64,000 bases of DNA from Gemmatimonadota bacterium (GCA_036475815.1 JAZGAL010000090.1:1613-65612), one strand, 5' to 3'; shown: positions 17,627-28,002, counted from the stretch's first letter. A program made the numbers and translations. The notes: generated by a model from the letters alone, not told the origin.

Positions 17627-18787
17627 ATGTCCCCCTTCATGAAATACCTTCTACTTGCCGTCGGGCTGCTGTCGCTCACCGTCTGCGTGGATCCACGGGG
17701 GGCGCGGTCCGCCGCCTCGCAGAGCCGAGGGGTTGCGGCCGGCCCCGCCACGGATTCGGCATTCGCCGGCCTGGTGCAGGATCTCTCCGAGCCCGGCGGT
17801 TACTTCGACACCGACAATCTGATCTCCAACGAGACGTCCTACCTGCACGTTGTGGATAAGATGCGGGAGATGGGCGTGAGCGGCGGTGCCTATATCGGTG
17901 TGGGGCCCGACCAGAACTTCTCGTATATCGCGCTGGTTCGTCCCAGCATCGCTTTCATCGTCGATATCCGGCGCGACAATCTGCTTCAGCATCTGATGTT
18001 CAAGTCGCTGTTCTCGCTCTCCCGGAACCGGATCGAGCATCTGTGTCTGCTCTTCGCACGGCCGTTCCCGGACGACGTCGAGGAATGGGATGAACGCAGC
18101 GTCCTGGAGCTGGTCGATTATATAGACAGGACTGCCGCCGACTCCCAGACCGTCGATGCAGCGCTGGCCGCCGTCGCAAGCCGGGCCGCTAGCTTCAGTC
18201 TCCCGCTGAGCGAGGAGGATCTCGAGACGATCCGCCGCTTTCACTACACCTTCATTCGGGAGGGTTTAGGCCTTCGCTTTCGGAGTCATGGGCGACTACC
18301 GCGCCTGTACTATCCCACCTACCGCCGGCTGTTGTTGGAGACGGACCTGAGCGGCCGCCAGGCGAGCTATCTGGCGTACGAGGAGGCTTTCCGCTTGGTG
18401 AAATCGCTTCAGGACCGAAACCTGATCATCCCGGTGGTGGGCGATCTGGGAGGGGATCACGCTTTGGCTGCCATCGCGGTTGTAGTCGCCGAGCGAGGCC
18501 TGCGGGTTTCGGCTTTCTATACGTCCAATGTGGAGTTTTATCTCATGCGCGACGGCGGCTTCGACCGTTTCGTTGCGAATGTCGCCCAGCTTCCGTACGA
18601 CGACAACAGCGTGATCATCCGAAGTTACTTCGGCCGCAGCTTCGGCTTCGTTCACCCTCAGGCTGTGCCGGGCTACTACAGCGCGCAGCTGCTGCAGACG
18701 ATCGAGAGCCTGGTGAACGATTCCGAGGTCGGCGCTTACCGCTCATATCTGGACCTGGTGACGCGGCACTCTCTCGATCTGCGCTAG
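17627..18787 (+). CDS. hypothetical lipoprotein
   Basis: Lipobox LLSLTVC. 386 aa. Conserved-looking blocks are YFDTDNLISNETSYLH and YIGVGPDQNFSYIALVRPSIAFIVDIRRDN. I recognise no family. Confidence 0.55.
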   Translation: MSPFMKYLLLAVGLLSLTVCVDPRGARSAASQSRGVAAGPATDSAFAGLVQDLSEPGGYFDTDNLISNETSYLHVVDKMREMGVSGGAYIGVGPDQNFSYIALVRPSIAFIVDIRRDNLLQHLMFKSLFSLSRNRIEHLCLLFARPFPDDVEEWDERSVLELVDYIDRTAADSQTVDAALAAVASRAASFSLPLSEEDLETIRRFHYTFIREGLGLRFRSHGRLPRLYYPTYRRLLLETDLSGRQASYLAYEEAFRLVKSLQDRNLIIPVVGDLGGDHALAAIAVVVAERGLRVSAFYTSNVEFYLMRDGGFDRFVANVAQLPYDDNSVIIRSYFGRSFGFVHPQAVPGYYSAQLLQTIESLVNDSEVGAYRSYLDLVTRHSLDLR

Positions 18788-18949
18788 GCGACCGATGCTG
18801 CGAAGGGCCGTCGGGATCTGGAACGCGGCGATTGTCGGTCCGACGAGCGCGGGGCGTGTAGAGGAGGCATCAATGGATGGATGACACTAGATTGGTTGGA
18901 CGCTCCGCGGTTCGAGCTCCAACCTGTCCCTTGCCGGTCGGAGGGCATC

Positions 18950-19414
18950 ATGTCCGTCGAGATTACGAGCTCCGCCTTCGAGGATGGGGGCTTCATCCCT
19001 GCTCGCCATACGTGCGAAGGAGAAGATCTCTCGCCACCCCTGAAGTGGGCGAACGTTCCCGGGGACTCCAAAAGCCTCGCAATCATCTGCGATGACCCGG
19101 ACGCTCCAGCGGGGACCTGGGTTCACTGGGTTACATACGACATGTCGCCGACCTTGTCCGAGCTCCCGGAAGGTATCCCTCCATCGGAGATCACCCCGGA
19201 CGGGGCGAAGCAGGGAGTCAATGACTTCAGGCGCACCGGGTACGGAGGCCCGTGTCCACCGCCAGGTGGACCGCACCGCTACTTCTTCAAGCTGTATGCG
19301 CTTGATATCGAGCCCGGCCTCCCGGCGGGTGCAAGCAAGGCGGATCTGCTGCGGGTGATGGAGGGGCATGTGCTGGGCGAAGGCCAGCTCATGGGGCTAT
19401 ACCAGAGAAAGTAG
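18950..19414 (+). CDS. YbhB/YbcL family Raf-kinase-inhibitor-like (PEBP) protein
   Basis: MSVEITSSAFEDGGFIP..., DDPDAPAGTWVHW and GYGGPCPPPGGPHRYFFKLYALD. Start at ATG 18950. Confidence 0.9.
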   Translation: MSVEITSSAFEDGGFIPARHTCEGEDLSPPLKWANVPGDSKSLAIICDDPDAPAGTWVHWVTYDMSPTLSELPEGIPPSEITPDGAKQGVNDFRRTGYGGPCPPPGGPHRYFFKLYALDIEPGLPAGASKADLLRVMEGHVLGEGQLMGLYQRK

Positions 19415-19423
19415 AGCGGCTTT

Positions 19424-19951
19424 CTAGGCACCCAGCACCGGCAGGTACGCTCGCCAGGGCCCGACCTCGCCAGAGTAGCCTGCGGAAATGGCGCGGGCGA
19501 TCTGGGCGATGTGGCCGAGATCGTGGACCGCCCAGGTCGCCAGAAGCTCACGTACGGTTACCGAGCCCAGCTCGGCGTGGGTACCTCTGAGGAGGTCGAG
19601 CTGCTCGGGTTGCAGGTTCAGTTCTTTGAGGATCTCCAGGTTCTGCTCTCGTAGTGCCGTGAAGGTGTCGAGTAGCTCCTCCAGCGTCTTTCCCCGGCTC
19701 TTCTCGAACTGAGCGAAACGGTCGAATGGAGTGAACGGCTGGGCTTCTCCGTGCTCGAGGATGATTCTGAGGCGGGTGATCCAGTCGGCCTCTTCACCGT
19801 GGATGAGGTGTCCGACGATGTCGAAGGCGTTCCAGGTTTCGGAACCTTCGTCGCTCATCACCCACGGATCTGACAGACCGCTGAGCATCGCGCGCAGGGT
19901 AGCGGGTGTCCGGCTGAGGATTTCGACGGTTCGATCGAGTTGGAATTCCAT
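19424..19951 (-). CDS. DinB family protein
   Basis: His triad context FDIVGHLIHGE ... WAVHDLGHIAQI. Start at ATG 19951 (MEFQLDRTVEIL); the upstream part of the track ORF overlaps the TVP38 gene. Confidence 0.85.
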   Translation of the reverse strand: MEFQLDRTVEILSRTPATLRAMLSGLSDPWVMSDEGSETWNAFDIVGHLIHGEEADWITRLRIILEHGEAQPFTPFDRFAQFEKSRGKTLEELLDTFTALREQNLEILKELNLQPEQLDLLRGTHAELGSVTVRELLATWAVHDLGHIAQIARAISAGYSGEVGPWRAYLPVLGA

Positions 19952-19965
19952 CTCCAGTCTTTTTC

Positions 19966-20538
19966 CTATTCGCGGTTGTCCATGGCGGGCTTGCGACAGG
20001 CGAGAACCACAACGACGATGAGGGCCAACGCCCCGATGGTGACGGACAGCACCGGGTGCCTGATGTAAAGCCGGGCGAGCCCTTCGCCGGAGTAGACGAA
20101 CAGGATAGTCCCGGGCAGGATGCCCAGGGCTGTCGTCCACAGGAAGGTTCGGCGCCGGCAGAGTGTGAGACCCACGCCCCAATTGACGGCTGTGAACGCG
20201 ATCACCGGGATAAACCGTGCCGCCAGTAGACCGGGCCAGTTCGCCGAATGCACGAGGCCGTCCACTTTGCTGATAGCCTCCGCCGACACGAGCCGCTCGA
20301 CCAGGGGGCGCCCGTAGCGGCGCGAAAGCTCGAAGCTCAGCCAGGCGCCGGCCATACCGCCCGTCCAGGTGATCGCCACTCCGCCGAAGGGACCGAAGAG
20401 CATCCCGTTCATGGCAGCGGGGATTTCCGCGGGTATCGGAAGCACGGCGACCCCGGTCATCAGCGCGATGGCGAGCGGGTAACCCCACACGCCGAGGTCA
20501 TGCACCCAGTACCCGATGTTGTGTATCAGCTCACCCAT
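19966..20538 (-). CDS. TVP38/TMEM64 (DedA-related) family membrane protein
   Basis: 190 aa, multi-TM, with characteristic PIPAEI...GMLFGPFGG and RFIPVIAFTAVNWGVGLT segments. Confidence 0.8.
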   Translation of the reverse strand: MGELIHNIGYWVHDLGVWGYPLAIALMTGVAVLPIPAEIPAAMNGMLFGPFGGVAITWTGGMAGAWLSFELSRRYGRPLVERLVSAEAISKVDGLVHSANWPGLLAARFIPVIAFTAVNWGVGLTLCRRRTFLWTTALGILPGTILFVYSGEGLARLYIRHPVLSVTIGALALIVVVVLACRKPAMDNRE

Positions 20539-20608
20539 AGACTGCCCGGCTTGATGTACTTCTCTATACGTACGACCGGTTGCGCAATTTGGTGTCGTTA
20601 GAGCCGTC

Positions 20609-21013
20609 TCAGTCCGGAGGGCGCTCTCTCAGGCGCTGCAGCTGCCTCCGTTCCTTTTTGCTCGGGCGGCCCTTCTCGCGGAAGGAGAAAGTCGGTGCGG
20701 CCCGCCTCTGCTTCGACAAACTTACCCGGGCTATGATGCTCTCCGGCGTTTCTTCGTAGAGAGTCGCTGCCTCTCGAGCAGGACCGCGTCGCTCCGAGAG
20801 CCGCAGGACGACCAACTGGAACTCGTTCGGCCCCTTACGAACCCGGACCCGGTCGCCGACGTGCAGGGTGGAGGCTCGTTTGCCGCGCCGGCCGTTCACC
20901 TGTACCTTGCCGCCGACGACCGCTTTGGCGGCGACTGAACGCGTCTTGAAGAAGCGCGCTGCCCACAGCCACCTGTCGAGGCGAACCTTGTCCTTGTTGT
21001 CCTGGCCGCTCAT
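20609..21013 (-). CDS. hslR: S4-domain RNA-binding protein (Hsp15/HslR-like)
   Basis: VRLDRWLWAARFFKTRSVAAKAVVGGKVQVNGRRGK S4 motif with a basic C-terminal tail. Start at ATG 21013. Confidence 0.75.
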   Translation of the reverse strand: MSGQDNKDKVRLDRWLWAARFFKTRSVAAKAVVGGKVQVNGRRGKRASTLHVGDRVRVRKGPNEFQLVVLRLSERRGPAREAATLYEETPESIIARVSLSKQRRAAPTFSFREKGRPSKKERRQLQRLRERPPD

Positions 21014-21254
21014 GGTCCTCCGGTCCCTGACTTCTCCGGCCTTCATGGTTGCACACGGCCGGGTGCGATGCAACGGGCGGGTTTAGGGCTGCTCAGGCGC
21101 CGGCCCTTCCCCTCAGTGGAAGTCTTTCCATCTTAAGGGTTTCGCTTCGCAGTATGCTCGGGGCCGAACGTGGGCCGCCGCCCTTCGGCAAAGCCCGGAA
21201 CGCCGGGCCGCAGGCCGGCGTGTGGAGCTAGACCCAACGACCTGGTGAACTGAA

Positions 21255-24200
21255 GTGAAGCTCTCCGACACAGCTATTCGGCGACCGGTACTCACCGCGA
21301 TGATGAGCTGTGCCCTGATTCTCTTTGGGGCGATCGGCTACTTCCGGCTCCCGGTGCGCGAGTTCCCCGATGTGGACGCGCCCATCGTCTCGGTCACGTC
21401 GGTGTTGCGAGGCGCCAACCCGCAAGTGGTCGAGTCCTCGGTCAGCGACATCCTGGAGGAGGAGCTGAGCACCATTGCCGGACTGAGGACGCTCACCAGT
21501 TCCAGCTCGGAGCAGGTGAGCAACATCACCCTGGAGTTCACTCTCGACCGGAACATCGAGGCATCCGCCCAGGACGTGAGGGACAAGGTTGCCCGTGTGC
21601 GCGGCCGGCTGCCGCAGGACATGGAGGAACCGGTCGTCGCCAAACAGGACGCGGACGCGCAGCCCTTCTTCTGGCTCACGCTGACCGGAGAGAACTACGA
21701 CCTGCTGCAGCTCTCCGATATCGGTGACCGGATCGTGAAGTCGCAGTTGCAGACGGTGCCGGGTGTGGGCCAGGCCCTGATCTTTGGCGAGCGGCGCTAC
21801 TCGATGCGGATCTGGCTGTCGCCGGCGGAACTCTCCGCGCGCGGCCTTACGGTGCAGGACGTAGAGGCGGCGATCCGCAGCCACAACGTCGAGATCCCGG
21901 CGGGCCGCATCGAATCGGAGCGTCGCGAGTTCACGGTCCGCTCGCTGGGCGAGCTGAAGACGCCGGACGAATTTGCCAACCTCACCGTATCGAGCGAGGG
22001 TGGCCAACTGGTGAAGCTGCGCGATCTGGCCCGTGTCGAATTGGGCCCGGAGGACGAGCGCAGCGTGCTCCGCTTCAAGAGCCAGCCGGCGGTGGCGATC
22101 GGCGTGGTTCGCCAATCCAAGTCTAACCTCATACAGATCTCTGACGGGATCAGAGCGGAGCTTCCGGAGATCAGAGCCGCACTGCCCCCGGGCGTCGATC
22201 TGCATGTCGGATTCGACAGCGCGATCTACGTGCGGCGCTCGATCCAGGAAGCGCAGCAAACCCTGTTACTCGCCGCGTTTCTCGTGGTGCTCATCATCTT
22301 CCTGGCGCTGCGCAACGTGAAGGCGACGTTCATCCCGGCGCTGGCCATCCCGACGTCCATTATCGCCGCGTTCGGGCTGATGTACGTCCTCGGCTTCTCG
22401 ATCAACAACCTGACGCTGCTGGCGCTGATTCTGTCGATCGGGATCGTGGTGGACGACGCGATCATCGTGATGGAGAACGCCTACCGGCACCAGGAAGAAC
22501 TGGGCGAGGATCCAGAGACGGCGGCGGTCAACGGAACGCGCGAGATCGCCTTCGCTGTGATTGCTACGACGGTCGCGTTGGTGGCCGTGTTCTCGCCTCT
22601 GGCATTCCTGCAGGGAACCACCGGTAGGCTGTTCAACGAGTTCGGGATCACCATGGCGGGTGCGGTTGTGATCTCCAGCTTCGTGGCCCTCACGCTCACC
22701 GCCTCGGCTTCGGCGAAGATCCTCCGTGTGCCCAAGAGCCACGGCAGGATCTTCATGGCTTTCGAGAAGGGTTTCACGGGGATGTCGTCCGGTTATACGC
22801 GGAGCCTCACCCGGGCGATGAGGCATCGCTGGTACGTGATTGGCGGTGGCGTTGCGACTGTGCTGCTCGCCGTGGTCATCTTCCGCGCGATGAAACGCGA
22901 GTTTATACCGCCAGAGGATCGCGGATTCTTCGTCAGCTTCACGATCGCGCCGGAGGGCGCCACATTGGCGTACACCGACGGCTACCAGCGCCGATTGGAG
23001 GAGATCGTCAACAGGACCGAAGGGGTGCAGCACTCGTTCAGCGTGATCGGGTTCGGCGGCAGGGTGAACAGCGGGATCATGTTCTCGATACTGGATGATT
23101 GGGGCGAGCGGGATCGCTCGGTCCAGGACATCGTCGGCGAGATACAGCCGCAGTTCTTCGGTGTGCCCGGTGTCCTCGCCTTCGCGAGCAACCCGCCGGC
23201 CTTCGGCTTCGGCAACCCAGTCCAGTTCGTGGTGCGGAACCCCAACTTCGATTCCCTGGCTGTCGGTATGGAGAGGCTGATTGGACGAGCCAGGGGGATC
23301 AGCGGGTTGATCAACATCGACACGGATCTGCGGGTCAACAAGCCGGAGCTCACGGTGAGCTACGATCGCGATCGGGCCGAAGATCTTGGCGTTCAAATCC
23401 GCGATATCTCGGCGACGCTGCAAACGATGCTGGGCGGCAGGCGCGTCAGCACCTTCACGCGTGACAACAAGCTCTACGACGTCATGGTACAGCTCGAGCC
23501 CCAGGCGCGAGCGACACCGAGCCAGTTGGAGGGTCTCTACGTGCGCGGACGCGATGGTTCGGTTGTCAAGCTGGACGCCATCGCGCGGATCGAGGAAGGC
23601 GTAGGCCCGCGGCAGCTCAACCACTTCAACCGTGTGCGCTCGGCCACGCTGACGGCGAATATGGCACCTGGGTTCACGCTGGGTGAGGCTATCGACTCGT
23701 TGAAGGCAGCGGCCGCCGACGTGCTGCCGCCGGGCAGCAGCATCGCGCTTGCCGGTGAGTCGCGCGAGCTGGAGGATAGCGGCAATGCGCTGTACTTCGC
23801 CTTCGTGCTGGCGTTGGTCGTCGTGTTCATGGTGCTGGCGGCACAGTTCGAATCGTTGATTCACCCGTTGACCGTGCTGCTCTCGGTGCCGCTGGCGGTG
23901 ACCGGTGCGCTACTGATCCTGCTGGTTACCGGCTCCACGCTGAATCTCTACAGCCAGATCGGCATAATCCTGCTGATCGGACTGGTGAGCAAGAACTCGA
24001 TCCTCCTGGTGGAGTATGCGAACCAGCTCAGAGCGAAAGGGATGGCTTCGGTGGAGGCGATGATGGAGGCGGGGCGGATCCGATTTCGTCCCATCCTCAT
24101 GACCGCCACAGCCACGGTCATCGGGGCCATGCCCATCGCGCTGGGCCTGGGCGCCGGTTCGTTGAGCCGGCGGCCGTTGGGCTACGCGATCGTCGGTGGG

Positions 24201-24326
24201 CTGCTGTTCTCCACCGTGCTGACACTGTATCTGGTGCCCGTCGTTTACGTGTTGCTGGACGCGCTGCAAGCGCGGTTGACGCGGCGCGCGCCGGCGCTCG
24301 GGCCGATGGAAGCGGAAGCCAAATGA
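21255..24326 (+). CDS. efflux RND transporter permease (AcrB/HAE family)
   Basis: 1023 aa with N-terminal LSDTAIRRPVLTAMM, 12-TM/two-large-loop organisation and typical VDDAIIVMEN. GTG start. Confidence 0.95.
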   Translation: MKLSDTAIRRPVLTAMMSCALILFGAIGYFRLPVREFPDVDAPIVSVTSVLRGANPQVVESSVSDILEEELSTIAGLRTLTSSSSEQVSNITLEFTLDRNIEASAQDVRDKVARVRGRLPQDMEEPVVAKQDADAQPFFWLTLTGENYDLLQLSDIGDRIVKSQLQTVPGVGQALIFGERRYSMRIWLSPAELSARGLTVQDVEAAIRSHNVEIPAGRIESERREFTVRSLGELKTPDEFANLTVSSEGGQLVKLRDLARVELGPEDERSVLRFKSQPAVAIGVVRQSKSNLIQISDGIRAELPEIRAALPPGVDLHVGFDSAIYVRRSIQEAQQTLLLAAFLVVLIIFLALRNVKATFIPALAIPTSIIAAFGLMYVLGFSINNLTLLALILSIGIVVDDAIIVMENAYRHQEELGEDPETAAVNGTREIAFAVIATTVALVAVFSPLAFLQGTTGRLFNEFGITMAGAVVISSFVALTLTASASAKILRVPKSHGRIFMAFEKGFTGMSSGYTRSLTRAMRHRWYVIGGGVATVLLAVVIFRAMKREFIPPEDRGFFVSFTIAPEGATLAYTDGYQRRLEEIVNRTEGVQHSFSVIGFGGRVNSGIMFSILDDWGERDRSVQDIVGEIQPQFFGVPGVLAFASNPPAFGFGNPVQFVVRNPNFDSLAVGMERLIGRARGISGLINIDTDLRVNKPELTVSYDRDRAEDLGVQIRDISATLQTMLGGRRVSTFTRDNKLYDVMVQLEPQARATPSQLEGLYVRGRDGSVVKLDAIARIEEGVGPRQLNHFNRVRSATLTANMAPGFTLGEAIDSLKAAAADVLPPGSSIALAGESRELEDSGNALYFAFVLALVVVFMVLAAQFESLIHPLTVLLSVPLAVTGALLILLVTGSTLNLYSQIGIILLIGLVSKNSILLVEYANQLRAKGMASVEAMMEAGRIRFRPILMTATATVIGAMPIALGLGAGSLSRRPLGYAIVGGLLFSTVLTLYLVPVVYVLLDALQARLTRRAPALGPMEAEAK

Positions 24327-25618
24327 TTCTTGCGATTGTGGCGTTGTTACAGATCGGTGCGGCGGGGCCACAGCCGCGCGTCGTTGCGGAAGACTCGATT
24401 CCGCAAGTCACCCTCGAGCAGGCTCTGCAGGCTGCGGCCAGGCTGGATCCTAACTATGTCGCGGCCCTGGGCCAGATCAACGACGCGAAGTGGGTACGGC
24501 GCTCGGCCTACGCTGTCTTCGTCCTGCCGTCGGTCTCCGTCTCGACATCCCTGACCAAAGCGTCGGAGCAGTTCTTCAATCTGGGGACGGGCACCTTAAC
24601 GAATCAGCTCGTCGATGGACGAATCGAAGCGCGTTACGATCTCTTCAGGGGTGGGTCGAAGCTGTTCGAACTGGTCCGGGCACGTGCTGAAGTGGAAAGT
24701 GCCAAGGCGAACGAAGTTCAGGCACGCTTCGGCACCGCGTTTGTCACCGAATCGGATTTCTACGATGTGCTGGCCGAGAAAGAGCTTGTGCGGGTGGCCT
24801 CCGATCGGGTGGGCCGGGCAAAGGAGCAGTTCGCCGTCGCCCGAGCCCGGGTCATCGCCGGGGCCGCCGTGCGAACCGATTCGTTACAGCTTCTTCTGGA
24901 ATTCACGCGCGCCAGGGTGGACCTGCTACGGCAGCAGGCGAGCCTGAAGGTGGCGCGGGTCGAGCTGGGACGGAGGGTTGGGATCCCCGGCCCTGTAGAT
25001 GCCAGGCTCCTCAATCCCATCGTTTCGCCGGAGCTGCCGATAAGCGAAGACAGCGCCGTCGCTGAAGCGCTGGCTCAGGGGCCTGATTATCGCATCGCCA
25101 CCGCCGATGAGCGCGCGGCGGCTGCGGCGCTGAAAGCGGTCTACGGCGCTTATCTGCCGCAGGTCAGCCTTTTCGCTTCTTTCCAGGGGTTCGACGAGAG
25201 CTTCATTCCGAGCGCGACAACGCGCACCGTGTGGGGATTTCAGGTGAACCTTCCGATATGGAATAACGGCCAGCGGGAGATCGCGGTCACGCGTGCGCGG
25301 ACGAACCGTGATATCGCCCAGGCGGTCCGTCGTGATACGGAGTTGGCAGTTCGCCGCGACGTTGTCCAGGCCTATCAGACCTACAACACGGCGCGGGCGA
25401 GCGCTGAGCTGGCGAGGCAAGCTGTGGCGGTTGCGCAGGAGAACCTCAGTGTTCAGGAGACACGCTACCGCGCCGGTGCAACCAACATTCTCGATCTGTT
25501 ATCAGGTCAGGTTTCGCTGTCGGAAGCTGAGGCGGGTTTGGTGCAGGCGATCTATTCGACCCGGCTGGCTCTGGCCGGGCTTGAAGCGATCCTGGGTCGA
25601 CGACTCTTTGCCGAATAG
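24323..25618 (+). CDS. TolC-family outer membrane efflux protein
   Basis: ATGA overlap with the RND gene. 431 aa with the duplicated OEP-type coiled-coil pattern (LEQALQAA..., YRAGATNILDLLSGQ). Confidence 0.85.
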   Translation: MILAIVALLQIGAAGPQPRVVAEDSIPQVTLEQALQAAARLDPNYVAALGQINDAKWVRRSAYAVFVLPSVSVSTSLTKASEQFFNLGTGTLTNQLVDGRIEARYDLFRGGSKLFELVRARAEVESAKANEVQARFGTAFVTESDFYDVLAEKELVRVASDRVGRAKEQFAVARARVIAGAAVRTDSLQLLLEFTRARVDLLRQQASLKVARVELGRRVGIPGPVDARLLNPIVSPELPISEDSAVAEALAQGPDYRIATADERAAAAALKAVYGAYLPQVSLFASFQGFDESFIPSATTRTVWGFQVNLPIWNNGQREIAVTRARTNRDIAQAVRRDTELAVRRDVVQAYQTYNTARASAELARQAVAVAQENLSVQETRYRAGATNILDLLSGQVSLSEAEAGLVQAIYSTRLALAGLEAILGRRLFAE

Positions 25619-25624
25619 AGGATT

Positions 25625-26683
25625 GTGGACGTGAGAGCGACACTGCTGATTCTGATCACGGCGGCTGTGGTGGCGGCGTGCTCGAATGCCGAGCCGAAGA
25701 ACGAAGGTGGCGCCCCGGGCGCTGGTGGGCGGCCACGGGGCATGCCCGTCGAGGTCGCTGTGGCTCGTCGGGACACGGTCGTCGATGCGATCTTTGCCAC
25801 CGGGCAGATCGAGGCGGTCCAGTCCATCGAGCTGCGACCCGAAGTCGATGGGCGGCTGGTACAGATCCTGGTGCGCGAGGGAGCCGAGGTCGCCAGGGGT
25901 AAGCCGCTATTCAAGGTCGATGATGTCGAGCTGAGAGCTCAGGTCGCCCGCCTCGAGGCCGATCACGACCTCGCCCAGCAGGCGCTGGAGCGTACCCGGG
26001 AGCTGATGGCTCAGAACGCGTCGTCTGAAGCGGATCTACAGCAGGCGGAGGCGAACGCCAGGAGCACGCAGGCGCAACTCGAGTTGCAGCAAGTGCGGCT
26101 GGATCGAACGCTGGTTCGCGCTCCCTTCGCCGGGCTCGTGGGTGAGCGCTTCGTGAGCTTGGGCGATTATGTGAATAACTCGACTCGCATGGTGACGCTA
26201 CAAACGGTCGATCCGCAGCGAGCCGTCTTTCAGGTGCCGGAGCGCTACGCTCCGCGTCTAGAAGTCGGCCAGGAAGTAACGTTCCACGTCGCCGCTTTAC
26301 CGGATGAGGAGTTCACGGGCGTGGTTGATTTCGTCGATCCGGTCGTCCGGCTCCCCGCCCGGACGATCACGGTTAAGGCGGAGGTGCCCAACCCGGACCG
26401 CGATCTCATGGGCGGCATGTTCATCGAGGCCCGTCTGGTCACCGACGTGCGTCCTGAGGCTACAGTAATTCCGGAAGACGCGATCCTGCCGCTTCAGGGC
26501 GCCACGTACGTCTGGGTGGTCACCGACGGCACGGCATCGCGCCGCCAGGTGGAGCTGGGTGTTCGTATACCCGGCTTCGTCGAGATCAAGAGCGGTGTCG
26601 AAGTCGGCGAACAGGTGGTTGTCGGCGGCTTGGAGCGGTTGACTGAAGGCGCGCCGGTGGTGGCGACGGTCGTCAAACGCTAG
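25625..26683 (+). CDS. efflux RND periplasmic adaptor (MFP) lipoprotein
   Basis: Lipobox AAVVAAC. Has the coiled-coil hairpin, VRAPFAGLVGERFVSLGDYV and a beta-barrel C-terminus. Confidence 0.9.
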   Translation: MDVRATLLILITAAVVAACSNAEPKNEGGAPGAGGRPRGMPVEVAVARRDTVVDAIFATGQIEAVQSIELRPEVDGRLVQILVREGAEVARGKPLFKVDDVELRAQVARLEADHDLAQQALERTRELMAQNASSEADLQQAEANARSTQAQLELQQVRLDRTLVRAPFAGLVGERFVSLGDYVNNSTRMVTLQTVDPQRAVFQVPERYAPRLEVGQEVTFHVAALPDEEFTGVVDFVDPVVRLPARTITVKAEVPNPDRDLMGGMFIEARLVTDVRPEATVIPEDAILPLQGATYVWVVTDGTASRRQVELGVRIPGFVEIKSGVEVGEQVVVGGLERLTEGAPVVATVVKR

Positions 26684-27045
26684 GCAGCGGCCCTTCACCC
26701 GTCCTGGCTATCGTTCCGCCGCTGTTCCCAGAAGTCAGGCGCGGATTCTACGACCACTGGTTATTCGCGACTGCTTCCTCTTCACGATGTCGGTCATCGC
26801 CGGGTGGGGGCTTCACACCGACCCAGGCCCCTCTTCTCATGACGCAAGACGCACTGGGGCGCATGATCTCGGACCCGGCGAATGGCACGCTATCGCGCAC
26901 CCTGACGTTGTGGTCGCGCCTGACACTATGAGAACAGTCTGTCGGTGAACGGGGGTTCCCGTTGCGGTCAGGGTTGACTCGCAGAGCCCCGGAGGAGAGC
27001 TTGAAGCTCTGATCCATCCCATTTCCGTCTATCAGAAAGGACAGA

Positions 27046-27933
27046 ATGATGTACGCCGTCGTCGGAGCCACGGGGAATACCGGGCGGGCGGTCGCCGAAG
27101 CCCTGCTGGCAGAGGGCAAGGATGTGCAGGTGATCGGGCGCAGCGCAGAGCGCCTGCAACCGCTGGTAGAGAAGGGCGCCGAGCCTGTGGTCGGCTCCGT
27201 CGATGATGCGCAGGCCATGGCTCTGGCTTTTTCGGGAGCGGTGGGGGTGTATTGCATGATCCCGCCGCGTTACGACGTCGATGATTTTCGGGGTTACCAG
27301 AGGAACATCGGCGAGTCGCTCACCCGAGCGATCCAGGAGGCCGGAGTCGAGTGGGTGGCGTTCCTGAGTTCCGTGGGGGCGCAGCACAAAGAAGGAACGG
27401 GGCCGATCGCGGGCTTGCGTGAGCAGGAGGAGCGGCTCAACAGCCTCGACAAGGTGAACGTCATCAATCTTCGTGCCGGCTGGTTCATGGAGAACTTCTT
27501 CATGAGCATAGACACGATCCGCACGATGGGCGTGATCGGTACGCCTGTTCGGGGCGACGCGCCGATCCCGATGATCGCTACCAGGGATATTGGGGCGTAT
27601 GCCGCCGAGCGGCTGGCGAAACTCGATTTCTCCGGGAAATCGAATCGCGAGGTCCTGGGCCCGCGCAGCCTCACGCTCGAAGAGGCGACGAGTGTTCTGG
27701 GGGCTGCGATTGGGAAACCGAACCTGAGCTACACGCAGTTCCCCTATGAAGACGCCGAGCAGGCGATGATCGGCATGGGCATGAGCAAGGGCGTGGCTGG
27801 AGTGTTCACCGAGATGTATCGCGGGATGAACGATGGCCTGGTCGTGCCGGAGGAAGAACGTTCACCTGAGAACACGACGCCCACCACCATGGAAGAGTTC
27901 GCCCAGGTCTTCGCTCAGGTTTACAGCGGCTAG
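27046..27933 (+). CDS. NmrA-family / NAD(P)H-binding protein
   Basis: N-terminal Rossmann motif VVGATGNTGRAVAEALL. 295 aa. Confidence 0.85.
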   Translation: MMYAVVGATGNTGRAVAEALLAEGKDVQVIGRSAERLQPLVEKGAEPVVGSVDDAQAMALAFSGAVGVYCMIPPRYDVDDFRGYQRNIGESLTRAIQEAGVEWVAFLSSVGAQHKEGTGPIAGLREQEERLNSLDKVNVINLRAGWFMENFFMSIDTIRTMGVIGTPVRGDAPIPMIATRDIGAYAAERLAKLDFSGKSNREVLGPRSLTLEEATSVLGAAIGKPNLSYTQFPYEDAEQAMIGMGMSKGVAGVFTEMYRGMNDGLVVPEEERSPENTTPTTMEEFAQVFAQVYSG

Positions 27934-27962
27934 GGCCGGTCCTCGAGCGTGCCTGCTAAAGA

Positions 27963-27992
27963 GCCCTCCGGCGCACGGTGGCGTCGGAGGGC
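27963..27992. terminator. hairpin between convergent genes (possible bidirectional terminator)
   Basis: GCCCTCCG-N14-CGGAGGGC, an 8-bp GC-rich stem between the NmrA-like gene (+) and sodA (-). Flanking U-tracts are weak. Confidence 0.4.
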
Positions 27993-28002
27993 CCTTGTGT
28001 AT

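Noticed and set aside
26684-27045. The 360-bp gap after the RND operon was examined for a small regulator gene or riboswitch. It includes a 51-codon ORF starting at ATG about 26777.
   Set aside because: The ORF translation (MSVIAGWGLHTDPGPSSHD...) has no RBS or recognisable fold. I could not see any conserved RNA motif, so the gap is left unannotated.
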